IMG/VR virus record: IMGVR_UViG_3300031555_007106
DNA length: 64,000 bases
Reading direction: 5' to 3' (one strand)
Origin: a virus
Taxonomy: Duplodnaviria > Heunggongvirae > Uroviricota > Caudoviricetes
The notes beneath the pieces were generated by a model. The model was not told the DNA's origin. It saw only the letters and a program-made list of their open reading frames with translations, and made no database searches. Both the position numbers and the translations under genes were made by a program. Positions 39,896 through 50,853 of the stretch are shown one piece after another (positions within the stretch are counted from its first letter, which is position 1; each line of letters starts with the position of its first letter).

Positions 39896-40526
39896 TTAAT
39901 TCTCGAACATGCAATAATATCTCATTTCTTGTGATTTCAGAGCATTTCGTGTCTCCTATACCACGAATTTTCAAAATTTCATCATCAGTCTTTTGCGCCA
40001 AATCAAACACAGTATTGCAACCGGCTCTCTTTAGGCACGTTAAAGAAGAAGAACTGAAATTAAGAATTTCGAGATTTGCCGTTTTTCTTAATTCATTAAG
40101 CACAGGATGTGCTTTTATTTCATTAATCTGCAATCCATTAAGCCCGTAAATCTTTACTAAAGATGTAAATGGCATTAATGCCAGCTTTTCAGCAGTAAGG
40201 ATTCTCTGGCCGAGAAACTTTGATGTTGATAAATCCAGTTCTGATGTCAGTAAGGCCTTCGGGTCACAGTCAATGCTTGCGCTTTTCATCCCGTCGATAG
40301 CCAATAGAGTTTTAAGTGATTTCTGCAACCATTTTTTTCTGCACGAAGGACATAAATCTTCAAACTCTTCTGTGCAACCATTTTCGTGAGTTTTTGTAAC
40401 CTTGAACGAAATTTCGACGTTTCGGTAGCAAACTCTGTCTTCATCGTAACACATAAGTTTAGCAGTATCCTGACGTACAGTGAATTCCTTTCCACAGTCG
40501 TCACATATTAAGATAATCTTTTTCAT
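39867..40526 (-). CDS. Zn-ribbon protein with tandem RNAP alpha-CTD-like domains
   Basis: LEILNFSSSSLTCLKRAGCNTVFDLAQKTDDEILKIRGIGDTKCSEI matches the alpha-CTD pattern. Confidence 0.7.
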   Translation of the reverse strand: MKKIILICDDCGKEFTVRQDTAKLMCYDEDRVCYRNVEISFKVTKTHENGCTEEFEDLCPSCRKKWLQKSLKTLLAIDGMKSASIDCDPKALLTSELDLSTSKFLGQRILTAEKLALMPFTSLVKIYGLNGLQINEIKAHPVLNELRKTANLEILNFSSSSLTCLKRAGCNTVFDLAQKTDDEILKIRGIGDTKCSEITRNEILLHVRELIEREKNNET

Positions 40527-40709
40527 TTAAATTTCCTTTCATCTTATTTCTTCGTTATTTTCTACCAGTTCAATGATAGCAGAAGGTGTATACTCGCTCA
40601 TTGCATTACACTCCTGAGTATAAGGACACCCTTCACACTCTTTACACTGTTCATTTCTGTCTTTACACTTTTCAGCTAATTCTCTGATTGTCATAATTAA
40701 TTTCCTTTC

Positions 40710-40955
40710 TTACTCAAATATTCTGAATCCGTTTTCATCGTCCATGTCGTACATCTCTTCTGCGTACTCTCTGCTGACTTCGATAATATCAACAATTCGG
40801 TTGCATTCGTACATACGCATAGTTTCTGCAAGAAAAACCTTTGCTTCATCTACAGAAGGAATTCTGTATCCAATCAAGAGGATACTCTCATCCTTTTCGT
40901 AGGTTTCGTCTGTAACGTTCACCTCAAAATAATGCTTAATTCTTTCGTTTGCCAT
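40710..40955 (-). CDS. hypothetical protein
   Basis: 81 aa ORF with RBS, first gene after promoter. Confidence 0.5.
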   Translation of the reverse strand: MANERIKHYFEVNVTDETYEKDESILLIGYRIPSVDEAKVFLAETMRMYECNRIVDIIEVSREYAEEMYDMDDENGFRIFE

Positions 40956-41072
40956 AATTAAATTTTCCTTTCAAATAAATTTCAATATCATTTTCATAAA
41001 TACATAGTTTTATCTCCGTATCATCAAAAAAATATTGCTATTTATAGTATGATTGAAAAGCTGTAAAATAAG

Positions 41073-41096
41073 AAAAGCCCGCCGAAGCGAGCTTTT
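41073..41096 (-). terminator. intrinsic terminator (UUCG-loop family)
   Basis: GCTCGC-TTCG-GCGGGC-TTTT. Confidence 0.8.
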
Positions 41097-41371
41097 GTTG
41101 ACTATTACTTTTCTTTGTTCTTTATTCTACATTATTTCTTTGAAAGCCGTAATTTACATATCTGAATTTAATCTATCCAAATATAAAGGATACATACTGT
41201 TGTAGAATTCCGACTTTGTGGCGTCGTCCTGTTCGTCCCAAGTGCCCATACCATCTTTAGCCTGACACTCGTTCCACTGACGTTCACATTCTTCCATTAT
41301 ATACTTGCTATATTCATTTTTATTCATAATATTATTTCCTTTCGTTTTTCAAATTGATTATGTTTTTGTTT

Positions 41372-41989
41372 TTAAGACATTGCTCTTGTATTCCAAGCCT
41401 TTACAAAATCTGTATATTCGCATGGACCAATATTAAAATTCAATCCACACTTACATTCGATAAAATAAGGTTCTCCACCGCTGTCTGGGTCGAATGAAGT
41501 AGGCCTCCATTCTTCGTTTCCGCCATGAACTTCTGCCCTTTCACCGCAAATCGGGCAAGGTTTCAATGGAGCAACGTGATTTTTGCCGCAATTCTCACAA
41601 CAAGCTGTTGAATTACCTTCGTCAAAATACACTGTTGTTCCACATTCACAAGTTTTGAACATAGTAACAATGATATCGTTGCCATAACACGAACAACAAC
41701 CGTAATATGGTCTGGGTAAACGAAGAGTTGCATCGCAATCCATACAACAACATTCGTATATACAAACTTCTGGAGTAATCTCCATAAACATATCTTTAAG
41801 GGTTTCTTCGCTTATCTCTAACCAGTTATCGCTGTTTTCGAGAGCAATACGACCACCTATAATACGAGCGTTGTCTTCACGCCGTTCGTATATATCCCCG
41901 AGTTTGATGTGCTTTGTTTTTCCTGTAACAAAACCTTCTTCATCACAATCGTCAACACGAAATTCTCTCACGCATAAGTATTTTCTCAT
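41372..41989 (-). CDS. Cys-rich protein with C-terminal Lar-like domain
   Basis: LKPCPICGE...FVKAWNTRA. Confidence 0.6.
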   Translation of the reverse strand: MRKYLCVREFRVDDCDEEGFVTGKTKHIKLGDIYERREDNARIIGGRIALENSDNWLEISEETLKDMFMEITPEVCIYECCCMDCDATLRLPRPYYGCCSCYGNDIIVTMFKTCECGTTVYFDEGNSTACCENCGKNHVAPLKPCPICGERAEVHGGNEEWRPTSFDPDSGGEPYFIECKCGLNFNIGPCEYTDFVKAWNTRAMS

Positions 41990-42000
41990 CTTATTCTCCT

Positions 42001-42348
42001 TTATTTCTCATTTGCTTTAAATGGCTTTCCACATACAGGACAGAAATTAAGTTCGTAATTGTGGTATGTGGCACTGCCGGTATACTCGCCATTATAATAG
42101 CTTTCATCCACCAATGCAACAGTAGCTTTGCGTGTCCAATTATCACTGTTTCTTTTAGGATTTGAACGAAGAAATTTTTCATTTTCATCAAGTTCATCCT
42201 TCATTTTACAGAACGGACATTTTTCTTTGAGCTCCGTAACGACAAAACCTAGTTTCTGATAACCTAATACTGCTTTCGGACTGAGCCATAAATCTATTTC
42301 ATAGCCCATCTTATTGTTAGCTATATGATACTGTTTTAATTTACTCAT
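42001..42348 (-). CDS. Zn-finger hypothetical protein
   Basis: CPFC...NFCPVCGKP. Confidence 0.5.
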   Translation of the reverse strand: MSKLKQYHIANNKMGYEIDLWLSPKAVLGYQKLGFVVTELKEKCPFCKMKDELDENEKFLRSNPKRNSDNWTRKATVALVDESYYNGEYTGSATYHNYELNFCPVCGKPFKANEK

Positions 42349-42367
42349 AATTTTAAACTTCCTTTAC

Positions 42368-43159
42368 TTACGCTAACGCTTTTATAGCATTTTGAGCAGC
42401 TTCTACTATCGCTCTATTTTCAACAGAAGTATTGTCAGCACATTTTATCAACAAATTGATAACACTTTTTACATTATTCATTTGTTCACTGTACTTCTTG
42501 ACAAGTTTTTTCTGCAGAGCTTGCTGTTCAAAATACTTATTCTCGTTCTCGTCAGTAACATTGTATTTCTCTTTGTAGTATGCAATAGCCTCACGAATAC
42601 ATTGAAGGGATTTTACACCCAATCCATTGATTTTCAAAAGCTCTTCATCTGTTGCAAATGCAATGTCCCCTATTGTATTGTATTTAGGACCATTTCTGAT
42701 AGAAGATGAGCTTCTGACAATACAGTTATATGTACGGTTATCCAATCTATCAACTAAAATAGAAAAATGAAGATTATAGAAATCCTCTGTCTTTTTTCTT
42801 TTTGCTGTGTATGTGTTAGCTTCATTTTCGGCTTTATTCTTAAATCTTTCGCAAATGTTATTTACAGTAAGTGTTCTACGAAGCAAACGAATTCCTTTGC
42901 GCCGAATCGAACAAATACAACTCTTGCTAACGTTGTATTTTTGAGCCAGCACATCTGTTTTAATCCCATTATAGCAAGATATAAGAATATGTTTTGTTCT
43001 TGAAGGAAGAGTGGAAAGTGCGTCGTCTATCATTTTTGTAAATTCCTTCTTACTGACAAGTTCCTTACATTCTTTCCCGTTTTCAAAAACTTCTTCAATA
43101 AGTTTTTTCGAATACTTCAGTTCATCAATAGTCATATTTGTTTCCTTCCTTCTTACCAT
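42368..43159 (-). CDS. sigma-70 region 4-like HTH fused to RNAP alpha-CTD-like domain
   Basis: LSTLPSRTKHIL...LAQKYNVSKSCICSIRRKGIRLLR; LDNRTYNC...NTIGDIAFATDEELLKINGLGVKSLQCI. Confidence 0.7.
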   Translation of the reverse strand: MVRRKETNMTIDELKYSKKLIEEVFENGKECKELVSKKEFTKMIDDALSTLPSRTKHILISCYNGIKTDVLAQKYNVSKSCICSIRRKGIRLLRRTLTVNNICERFKNKAENEANTYTAKRKKTEDFYNLHFSILVDRLDNRTYNCIVRSSSSIRNGPKYNTIGDIAFATDEELLKINGLGVKSLQCIREAIAYYKEKYNVTDENENKYFEQQALQKKLVKKYSEQMNNVKSVINLLIKCADNTSVENRAIVEAAQNAIKALA

Positions 43160-43874
43160 TCCATAATCGGTGTTGTATCCCCCTTTTCATACAAGGCAAG
43201 CGGAATAAAATCAAAGATAGTGCAGGTAGATTTCATATAATCTATCCATTCCTGTACTCTTTCTATTGCTCGCTTTCTTCCACTTGTGAGAAAAATACGA
43301 TGACAATCTTTAATTTCATTTCCTTCGATTGTCTTATATTTAAATATATAAGCTCTCATATTCATTTCCTCCTGATACTTACAATAAATTTCCGTACATT
43401 ATACTTGATACCCCACAAAGGATTTGCTGCACTTGCCCACCAAAGCTGTAAAAAGTGTTTACAACCATAGATAAAGCCTTTTTTAAAGCCTGTGTACCAC
43501 CATTTGGGAATCTTGTTTTTCATCTGCAAGTCTCCTCATCGTATCTGCGAGCACTCACAATTTGCACACTTTTACCACCGTAATGGTTTTTAACCGCCTT
43601 TACAGCTTCCGCTCGGCTGTTGACCCCATAGACAAGCTGTGTTTCAAGGAATACGCTGCTTGCCCAATAAAACTCAACTTGATATGTATACATTTTTCTT
43701 CCTTTCTTCAGCCTCTGCAAGCATACTTTCTGTCTTGTTTCTTTTTGTTAGGAACAACCATTGGTCGGCCCATATTCTGACGCAGTCTTCTTTCAGCTTT
43801 TTTCTGAAGTCTAAGCTGCTCCATTACAGTTTTACGTCTGTTCATAAAAACACCCTTTCCTTAAATTAGCTTTG

Positions 43875-44111
43875 TTACACACGTTGATGACTATTCCACT
43901 TGTCGATTGCCTTTTTAACACTTGTAAAAGTGTCGGTGCAATCACAATGCGGCGTTGCACAAGCAACAAAATATCCATCTTTGCCTTCTCCTATAACTGA
44001 AGTTCTGTCACTGACAATATGAACATCTGTACTTCCGCAGTACTGACAAGGTTGCAATAAATGCTTGTATTTTTCCGTATAGGCTTTCGCTTTTTCAAAA
44101 CGTTTTGCCAT
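43875..44111 (-). CDS. Lar-family Zn-finger protein
   Basis: LQPCQYCGS...AIDKWN. Confidence 0.55.
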   Translation of the reverse strand: MAKRFEKAKAYTEKYKHLLQPCQYCGSTDVHIVSDRTSVIGEGKDGYFVACATPHCDCTDTFTSVKKAIDKWNSHQRV

Positions 44112-44761
44112 TTTAGTTTACTCCTTTTGTCGATTGAAGGTAGGTTCACCTTCAAACCAATCAAATTCACCTGCAAAAAGCAGACGTTCAAGGTTATGGG
44201 AATACTTAATTTCTCTGGATGTACCTTCGCACTTTCCAAGAGTGATTTCATACTCTCTTCCGTTCACTCTAACGAATAATCGCTCAGCGTATTTGAAGGA
44301 AAGAAAATGAGTTTGTGTAGTACATACCACTTCCTTTTTTCGTTTAATAGCAGCTTCCGTTTCCTTAAAAGTCGTACATACTCCAAGAACTGTTAAACAG
44401 TCCGGGACGAATTCAAGGTATAAATGAAGTTCTTTTACCATAGTATTTTCCTTTCTTTATAAGATTTTAAAATCTTTCAGTGCTTGTTACCTTTTTTGAA
44501 TTTCCGCGTCTTTTTTTCCAATTACGCCGAGCTATAATTATAGCCTTTTTGGTTTTCTTCATATGGCGAGCACACTTATTCTTATCAGAATACAATCTGT
44601 AACTCCATAAAAACTCTTTGTTGCCAATTACTTCGGCGTAATCACCATAAGCAAACTCATAGCCGTAACCGCAAGAACAATTGATGTATTCCTCTTCAGT
44701 TCCCCAAGGCCCATTATAAACTCGATGCTCAGCTTCTTTTCCGCAAACGGGACAAATACAT

Positions 44762-45529
44762 TTATTCATCCTCATCACCATCCATCGAAGCTTTACAATA
44801 AGGACAATACGGCAATCCGCACTTTGACTCTTCTTTGTTTTTCCGAGAACCGCCGGGAACATAATTCACTTCCTTACCACACTCGCTACACTTCCATTTA
44901 TATCCGCGAGGTGTAGCGTGTTCCGGGCGAACCCAACGACCATGCTTGTTTTCGTTAATCTGAATTTTATTTTCTTCGTTAAGAATATTCAGCACCTTAT
45001 TCCAGAGTTTTTCATCCTCCAGAATAGAAAACAGTTCTTCAACTTCAGGGCTGCGCCACGCAGTCATAGCGTATGTATGAGGCTTGTTGTAATGGTAGTC
45101 ATTTTTATCAATATGCTTTTTACAAGCCTCTTTAGTGAGGAACATTGTATTCGGAGCAATCTGATAATGGTCACGAAAACCTACAACATCACAGCTAAAG
45201 AACTCTTCGCTAAGTTCTTCAACAATATCCCGAAGCTCATCTTCGCTAAATAGATTGCCGCTTTCTTCAATTTTATTCCTATATTCAGCGGCAATTTCGC
45301 TTCCTGCTGCAGCGACATCTTCAAAGAATTGTTTCTGTTCAGAGACATCGTAAGACCTTGTGTCGAATGAAAGTTCAATTCCATTCTCATAGCCTTCGGC
45401 ATAACCATAATCTCTTTTTTCTTCTCTGACCACCCAAAAACGAGGTGCAGCCTGACAATCTGTATCCTGTTCTTTCATACGTTTGCCCAGTTCGAAGAGC
45501 CATCTTATTTTTTCAGCGATTGAATTCAT
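44762..45529 (-). CDS. hypothetical phage-type protein with C-terminal Zn ribbon
   Basis: KHGRW...CSECG...PYCPYCKASMD. Confidence 0.55.
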   Translation of the reverse strand: MNSIAEKIRWLFELGKRMKEQDTDCQAAPRFWVVREEKRDYGYAEGYENGIELSFDTRSYDVSEQKQFFEDVAAAGSEIAAEYRNKIEESGNLFSEDELRDIVEELSEEFFSCDVVGFRDHYQIAPNTMFLTKEACKKHIDKNDYHYNKPHTYAMTAWRSPEVEELFSILEDEKLWNKVLNILNEENKIQINENKHGRWVRPEHATPRGYKWKCSECGKEVNYVPGGSRKNKEESKCGLPYCPYCKASMDGDEDE

Positions 45530-45620
45530 TTTATTTTCCTTTCATAGTAATAGTCAATATGATTCTCCAGTTCATCAGAAAAATATTGCTATTTATAGTA
45601 TGAACAAAAATCGATAAAAT

Positions 45621-45643
45621 AAAAAGCTCGCCGCAGCGAGCTT
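45621..45643 (-). terminator. intrinsic terminator
   Basis: GCTCGC-TGCG-GCGAGC-TTTTT. Confidence 0.75.
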
Positions 45644-46349
45644 CAACAATCATTATATTTTTTAACGTTTTCCGGCCATTATTCGGAATTCTAAAAATCT
45701 TCATCGTTAATCTAAAATAGTAATCTCAAAAGAACCTCCGTCATACGTTTCTCCTACACAGGCAAGTTCACACCAAGAAGCACAATCTATCGCTTTTTCA
45801 GTATCAACTCTTCTTTCTTTAAGAGCTTCGAAGACTTTAGAATTTACTTCCCTAACCTTACACTCAATTATTTCTTCTGTGTATCCACCAAAAGATATCT
45901 GGATTTTTACCACATCATATTTTCCCTGTGTATATATAGAAGCAAACTCATTATCGTTATCGCATATCTCTTTAACTGTTTGCGATACATCTATTTCTTT
46001 AAAGGGCATAGTTATCTTCTCCTTTCTGACATATTCTGTACTATTTATTCTACATAGCTCAACCCATACTCAGCCATCAAATCAGCATCGGTATGGAGTA
46101 CCTGTTCTTTTTCGCTTTCTACGTCTTTATGTACAATAGTTGCTCGAACATCATTAAAATCAACTCCTATTTCCGAAGAAAACAAGGATTTTGCTCTACC
46201 TCTTCTTTCTGCAACTACATATAAGCCACAGTCTTCTCCTCTTTCGTGACACCAATAAATAATCATTTCTAAACAAGTCCTTTCTATTATTTTCTTAATT
46301 ATATCACATATTTCAACCTAATTCAAGAATAATTTTCACATTTTGCTTG

Positions 46350-47045
46350 TTAAGCAAGTTCAAAAAAGATGTTTTCCTTATTACTTTTCTTGAACTTAAG
46401 AATTTCTCCGCAATAAAAAGAATCATCTTCACAATCCAGATTAAAAAACTCTCTGCTCGAAATGTTTTTTCCAATTATCCAATTCTTTCCATTTCGTTTT
46501 ATTAAAATGTTTTCAATATTTTTTCTTACTTCTGTCATAGCTGCGATTGCTTCTTTTTCACTCCTATAAACAGTTGGAGCGAACAATTCCATGACAAACT
46601 CTTCCATGTTATAGCGAATATAAACTGGAATATATACTATATTTTCTTTCTCGAACAATTCGCTGTCTAAGTAGCACGTACTCGACACGTATCTTATGTC
46701 GTTAATTTCATCAAATATAGTGTAACTTCCTTTGCAATAAATTGGACCATTCATCTCCATAGCGTCAATTTCGCCGTATTCACCGAGTAACTCCTTAATT
46801 TTATCCCCTATAATGCTTTCATCATAAATTCTGTCAATTTCTCCATCCTCAACCAATTCTTCATGAATATCACTTATGTCATTCCATATATTCAAAAATT
46901 CATTGTACACTGTTTCAAAGCAGGGGTCTCTTCTAAAATAAATATCACCCGCTTCAATGTTACAACTGCTACTATTAGCACTAATTGCTAAATATCCTTT
47001 TCTCATTACTATTTCTCCTTTTTTTGGTTTTATATAACAATGCAA
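46350..47045 (-). CDS. acidic hypothetical protein
   Basis: 231 aa ORF after promoter box at ~47060. Confidence 0.5.
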   Translation of the reverse strand: MHCYIKPKKGEIVMRKGYLAISANSSSCNIEAGDIYFRRDPCFETVYNEFLNIWNDISDIHEELVEDGEIDRIYDESIIGDKIKELLGEYGEIDAMEMNGPIYCKGSYTIFDEINDIRYVSSTCYLDSELFEKENIVYIPVYIRYNMEEFVMELFAPTVYRSEKEAIAAMTEVRKNIENILIKRNGKNWIIGKNISSREFFNLDCEDDSFYCGEILKFKKSNKENIFFELA

Positions 47046-47151
47046 ATATTGTCATATATAGTATGATAGAATAATTTGACAAACAGGAAAGTACTCATTT
47101 TTTTCTAACCCGTAAGTTTTAGAGTTTTCAACCCGACAGATTAAAAAAAAG

Positions 47152-47177
47152 AAAAAGCCCACCGAAGTGAGCTTTTT
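47152..47177 (-). terminator. intrinsic terminator (UUCG-loop family)
   Basis: GCTCAC-TTCG-GTGGGC-TTTTT. Confidence 0.8.
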
Positions 47178-47187
47178 GATATTGATA

Positions 47188-48150
47188 CTATTCTGTAATT
47201 TTGCCGCTTGCGACATCCTTGACAAAATCAATAGGAAGGTCCAGCAAGTCAGCTATTTCTTCAACACTACAAGCCTTATTAAGCATCCTCTTTATATTTT
47301 TTATATCCTTTTCTCTGAATGCATTTTCTTCGATTGCATAAGAAAGATTACACATACGCTCAACCTCCTCGTCAATTTCTTCGGTCATCGGTATATCAAA
47401 CTTATCAGACATAACATTTTTTCTTTCCTGAGGCGAAAGCTCATTAGAAAGAAGAGTACCTAACAATTCAATTATACCGGAAAACTCTTCATCATCGGAA
47501 TCACCTATGCATATCATATTCAGCGACAACAAATCAAATTGTCTGCGAATTTTATCTGCTTCCGGTGGATTTCCTCGTTTTACTCTACGTGTGATATCGT
47601 AACTGCTTATTGTATTCTTATATTCACCGGTAGAGTTTGTGCATATCCAAATTGAATATACTTTCTTAATTTTGTCATACTCTGAATTCTTGAATTCTCT
47701 TCCATGCTGTCTTGAAATTAACCTTGAGCAATAATATATTCCCCTTTTTAGCAACGAATAACCGGGATTAAAATTTTTTTGTATCTCTATATTGATATAC
47801 AATTCAATTTTTTCATCCTTATTCGGTACTTGTGCCTTAAAAAGAATATCAAATCGTCTTTCTCCATCAGTAACAGTAACATCTTCATTAGGTTCACCTG
47901 TTATTTTGTCAGCAACATCAGCATCTACTGCCGATTCGCCAATGATGGGATTTTCGATATATTGCTGTGCTTCTCGCCAGTCCATGTCCATGAACTCATC
48001 GACTACTTCACATAATATATGTGCTAAAATACACTTAAATGACAAAAGAGTTTTACAACTTGCGTCATATTGTGCCTTTTTGTCGGTCACATCTATAGCA
48101 CTTGCCAATGCTGTTCCTTTTTCCATCATATTCTCCTTCATTATGGACAA
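47188..48150 (-). CDS. Rpn/YhgA-like PD-(D/E)XK nuclease family protein
   Basis: RRFDILF...INIEIQK...KRGIYYCSRLISRQ...KKVYSIWI; C-terminal ERMCNLS...IADLLDL. Confidence 0.8.
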   Translation of the reverse strand: MSIMKENMMEKGTALASAIDVTDKKAQYDASCKTLLSFKCILAHILCEVVDEFMDMDWREAQQYIENPIIGESAVDADVADKITGEPNEDVTVTDGERRFDILFKAQVPNKDEKIELYINIEIQKNFNPGYSLLKRGIYYCSRLISRQHGREFKNSEYDKIKKVYSIWICTNSTGEYKNTISSYDITRRVKRGNPPEADKIRRQFDLLSLNMICIGDSDDEEFSGIIELLGTLLSNELSPQERKNVMSDKFDIPMTEEIDEEVERMCNLSYAIEENAFREKDIKNIKRMLNKACSVEEIADLLDLPIDFVKDVASGKITE

Positions 48151-48182
48151 CCCTTGTCCACCCTTATTATAGCATTACATCG

Positions 48183-48866
48183 CTATTTTGTCAACATTTC
48201 AGCTATAAACTCTTCAGTTTCACACAGTCCTTCATACCAGCATACTACTCGCGTACGCAAGGATTCATCATTTTTGTCTGAATTCAGGTATTTCCGCAGT
48301 TCTATATCCCATTTACACATAATATCGTGTGAAAATCCAGCTTCAGTAAGCTTTTGGAAATCCTTACATCTGTAAAGTGAAGGATACTCATTAAGATAAT
48401 ACTCTTCAGAACCATAGTATTCCTTAGTAAATATCACAATGCAATAGCTGTTATTATAAGGTGTCTGAACTATATAATCATCACCTAACTGTTCCTGAAG
48501 AGATTCAATCACAGCAGTTTGCTGTTCTATTGAACTGAAACGATACTGAATACAAGTGTGATTCTCAATTTCCTGAGAAGGACTCTTAATTCTGCCACTG
48601 CCGTTATAAGCATTCTTAAAAAGAATGTATGTATAATCGCCAGACTCAGGAATAATTCCATCCTTCCAATATCTCTTAGCCATATCCTTAGGCCCGTAGC
48701 AACAGGAACACATTCCTTTTCGATATGTGTAATGAGCAAAATCAAGGCCACATTCATCTCTCAATTTCTTGAGGTTTAAATCTTTATAAGTTTTCATTTC
48801 TCCTCCGTTACTTTTCATAAAATTCAGCACGCATAGATATAATTGCCCACTTCTTTCGTAAGTCAA
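48183..48866 (-). CDS. hypothetical protein
   Basis: 227 aa ORF in operon. Confidence 0.5.
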   Translation of the reverse strand: MTYERSGQLYLCVLNFMKSNGGEMKTYKDLNLKKLRDECGLDFAHYTYRKGMCSCCYGPKDMAKRYWKDGIIPESGDYTYILFKNAYNGSGRIKSPSQEIENHTCIQYRFSSIEQQTAVIESLQEQLGDDYIVQTPYNNSYCIVIFTKEYYGSEEYYLNEYPSLYRCKDFQKLTEAGFSHDIMCKWDIELRKYLNSDKNDESLRTRVVCWYEGLCETEEFIAEMLTK

Positions 48867-49155
48867 AATTTGCCGACATGATATCTTGCTGTGTGTGATT
48901 ACACATAAACTGCCGGCAAATAGCAGGACGAATAGAATAAATAAGGCACTTTTTATTTACCTCATCTCTGAAAGGACAAATCATATCGTTTCCTACCATT
49001 ACATTGTTCTTTTGTTCCTTTATCTTATGCTTTTTGATGTAAGCTCTTATCTGTATAACTTCATCATTTGATAAAGGAAGAATATCACTGCAACAATTAC
49101 CGCAACCGGTACATTTCCCATTTTTAGAGCAATCAACAAGTTTTAGTTCATTCAT
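48808..49155 (-). CDS. YkgJ-family CxxCxxCC protein
   Basis: CTGCGNCC...CPF...CLIYSIRPAICRQF. Confidence 0.8.
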   Translation of the reverse strand: MNELKLVDCSKNGKCTGCGNCCSDILPLSNDEVIQIRAYIKKHKIKEQKNNVMVGNDMICPFRDEVNKKCLIYSIRPAICRQFMCNHTQQDIMSANFDLRKKWAIISMRAEFYEK

Positions 49156-49371
49156 TCTTTCCCTTCTTCCGTCATTTCTTCTATGATTCGTTCAATATAA
49201 CTTGGCGTTACATCGGTTTTGTAATCAAAAAATTCTTCTTTTAACCTCATTGCGAACTCTTTGATAGCATTTATCTTAGCGAATCTATAATCGCAATAGT
49301 TATATTTGTCGCGATTTGTGCAATTTCCGTCAAAATTATATCGACAGTTTTTGAAATTGCATTGAGGTAAA

Positions 49372-49830
49372 TCAATTCTCATTTTTTTCCTCCGTCATAC
49401 TATCTTTAAGGTTGCTGAGCTCATCCAAGCAGAAATAATATGCCTCTACCTTTTCTGCGGTTGAAACACCCAATTGGGAAAGTATTGATTTTTCTAATCT
49501 TTCGGCAAATCTACAAATAGCTTCAATTTTTGCAGTTCTTATTTCTTCAGCATACTTTTTATGGCATTCGGCGCAAACTGACACTCCTCTGTCTATATTA
49601 TCTGTTAATTTTTCGTTTTCTCCGTATGATTCTTTTAATTCGGTTTTCAATCGCTCAATCTCTGTTCTTTGATACTTGATAATATTTGAGCAATATTCAA
49701 TCAGTGTATCTCGACAGTTTCCGTAATCGCATAAAGGACACGTGTCACAATTTTCAAGTGCGTTGTTATTAGTACAACATTCCAAGGATTTAGCAAAATC
49801 GTTATCGGTCATTCTACCCTCCTGTTCCAT
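49372..49830 (-). CDS. hypothetical phage-type protein
   Basis: 152 aa, Cys-rich N-terminus plus coiled coil. Confidence 0.5.
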   Translation of the reverse strand: MEQEGRMTDNDFAKSLECCTNNNALENCDTCPLCDYGNCRDTLIEYCSNIIKYQRTEIERLKTELKESYGENEKLTDNIDRGVSVCAECHKKYAEEIRTAKIEAICRFAERLEKSILSQLGVSTAEKVEAYYFCLDELSNLKDSMTEEKNEN

Positions 49831-50069
49831 TTTTCCGCATATTCACCTATGTAATCTTCTGTAGCATCGCCAGCACCAATCACAAAAGGCATACATATCT
49901 CATCAAGAATACAACTTTCTTCTTTGTATATATCGTATTCCTTGTGCATATAGTACTGCCGCACAACTTCTTTTCCTTTGCTGTTTATATGCGATTCTCT
50001 GTGGAATTCCATTTCTCTTCCACAAAAAGGGCAAGTTTTCAGTAATTTCGAATATTTTTCAATTACCAT
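49809..50069 (-). CDS. Lar-like protein
   Basis: LKTCPFCG...KWNRRV. Confidence 0.5.
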   Translation of the reverse strand: MVIEKYSKLLKTCPFCGREMEFHRESHINSKGKEVVRQYYMHKEYDIYKEESCILDEICMPFVIGAGDATEDYIGEYAEKWNRRVE

Positions 50070-50853
50070 TTCTTTTCTCCTATTTTGTGTTCGAGTTCAA
50101 AGTTTGTAAGTTCCTCACAAGCTTCGTCAAATTCTCGCTGTGTATCAGCGTTGTTTCTGATAGAAACGCGCTTTCCGGCTTCTTCAGCAGCAACTTTTAA
50201 CTTTCTCCATAACAAATATTCATCTATAGATGTGTTAAAGTGTCTTGCTTCGTGGCTAAGCACTTTTTTTCTGTCCTTATCTTCAAAGTCACAGTAATCG
50301 CAGCAATATATTATGTTCGTGTGCATTTTTCTTCTCCTTTCTCATCATTATAAGACATCTTATTCCACATTCGCCTTATTTTACCTGCAGTTGACTTTCT
50401 GAACTTACATCCCTGATATAAAGGAATTTTATCCATTCCGCATATATCGAACTCTTTTTTACAGCTCAAACATACTGCATAAGCTCCTCGCATTATATTT
50501 GTATAGATTTTTACTTCGCCGTTACAGTCAGGACACGGTTTTAATTCAATTTCAACCATTTTGATTTCCTTTCTTATTCGTCCGTACATACAGTTTTTCC
50601 ACTGAGAAGCTCAGAGTAAATCTTTGTGTATCGAGCACATTCGCTACCTTCCGTACACATAATTCCTTCCATAAAGTAAGCTAATGCCTTTTCTCTGCTT
50701 TCCCATTCGGTAGTTTTTCCGTAACAAGTAATCTTAATCTTTTCGTCTTTAAGACAACTTGAATTGCGTTTTGTTCTCATGTTTATTTCCTTTCTGTGTA
50801 AAGAAGATTGGTCTAAGCACACAATGCGCCTAGCCCAATCTTATCTTTATTGA

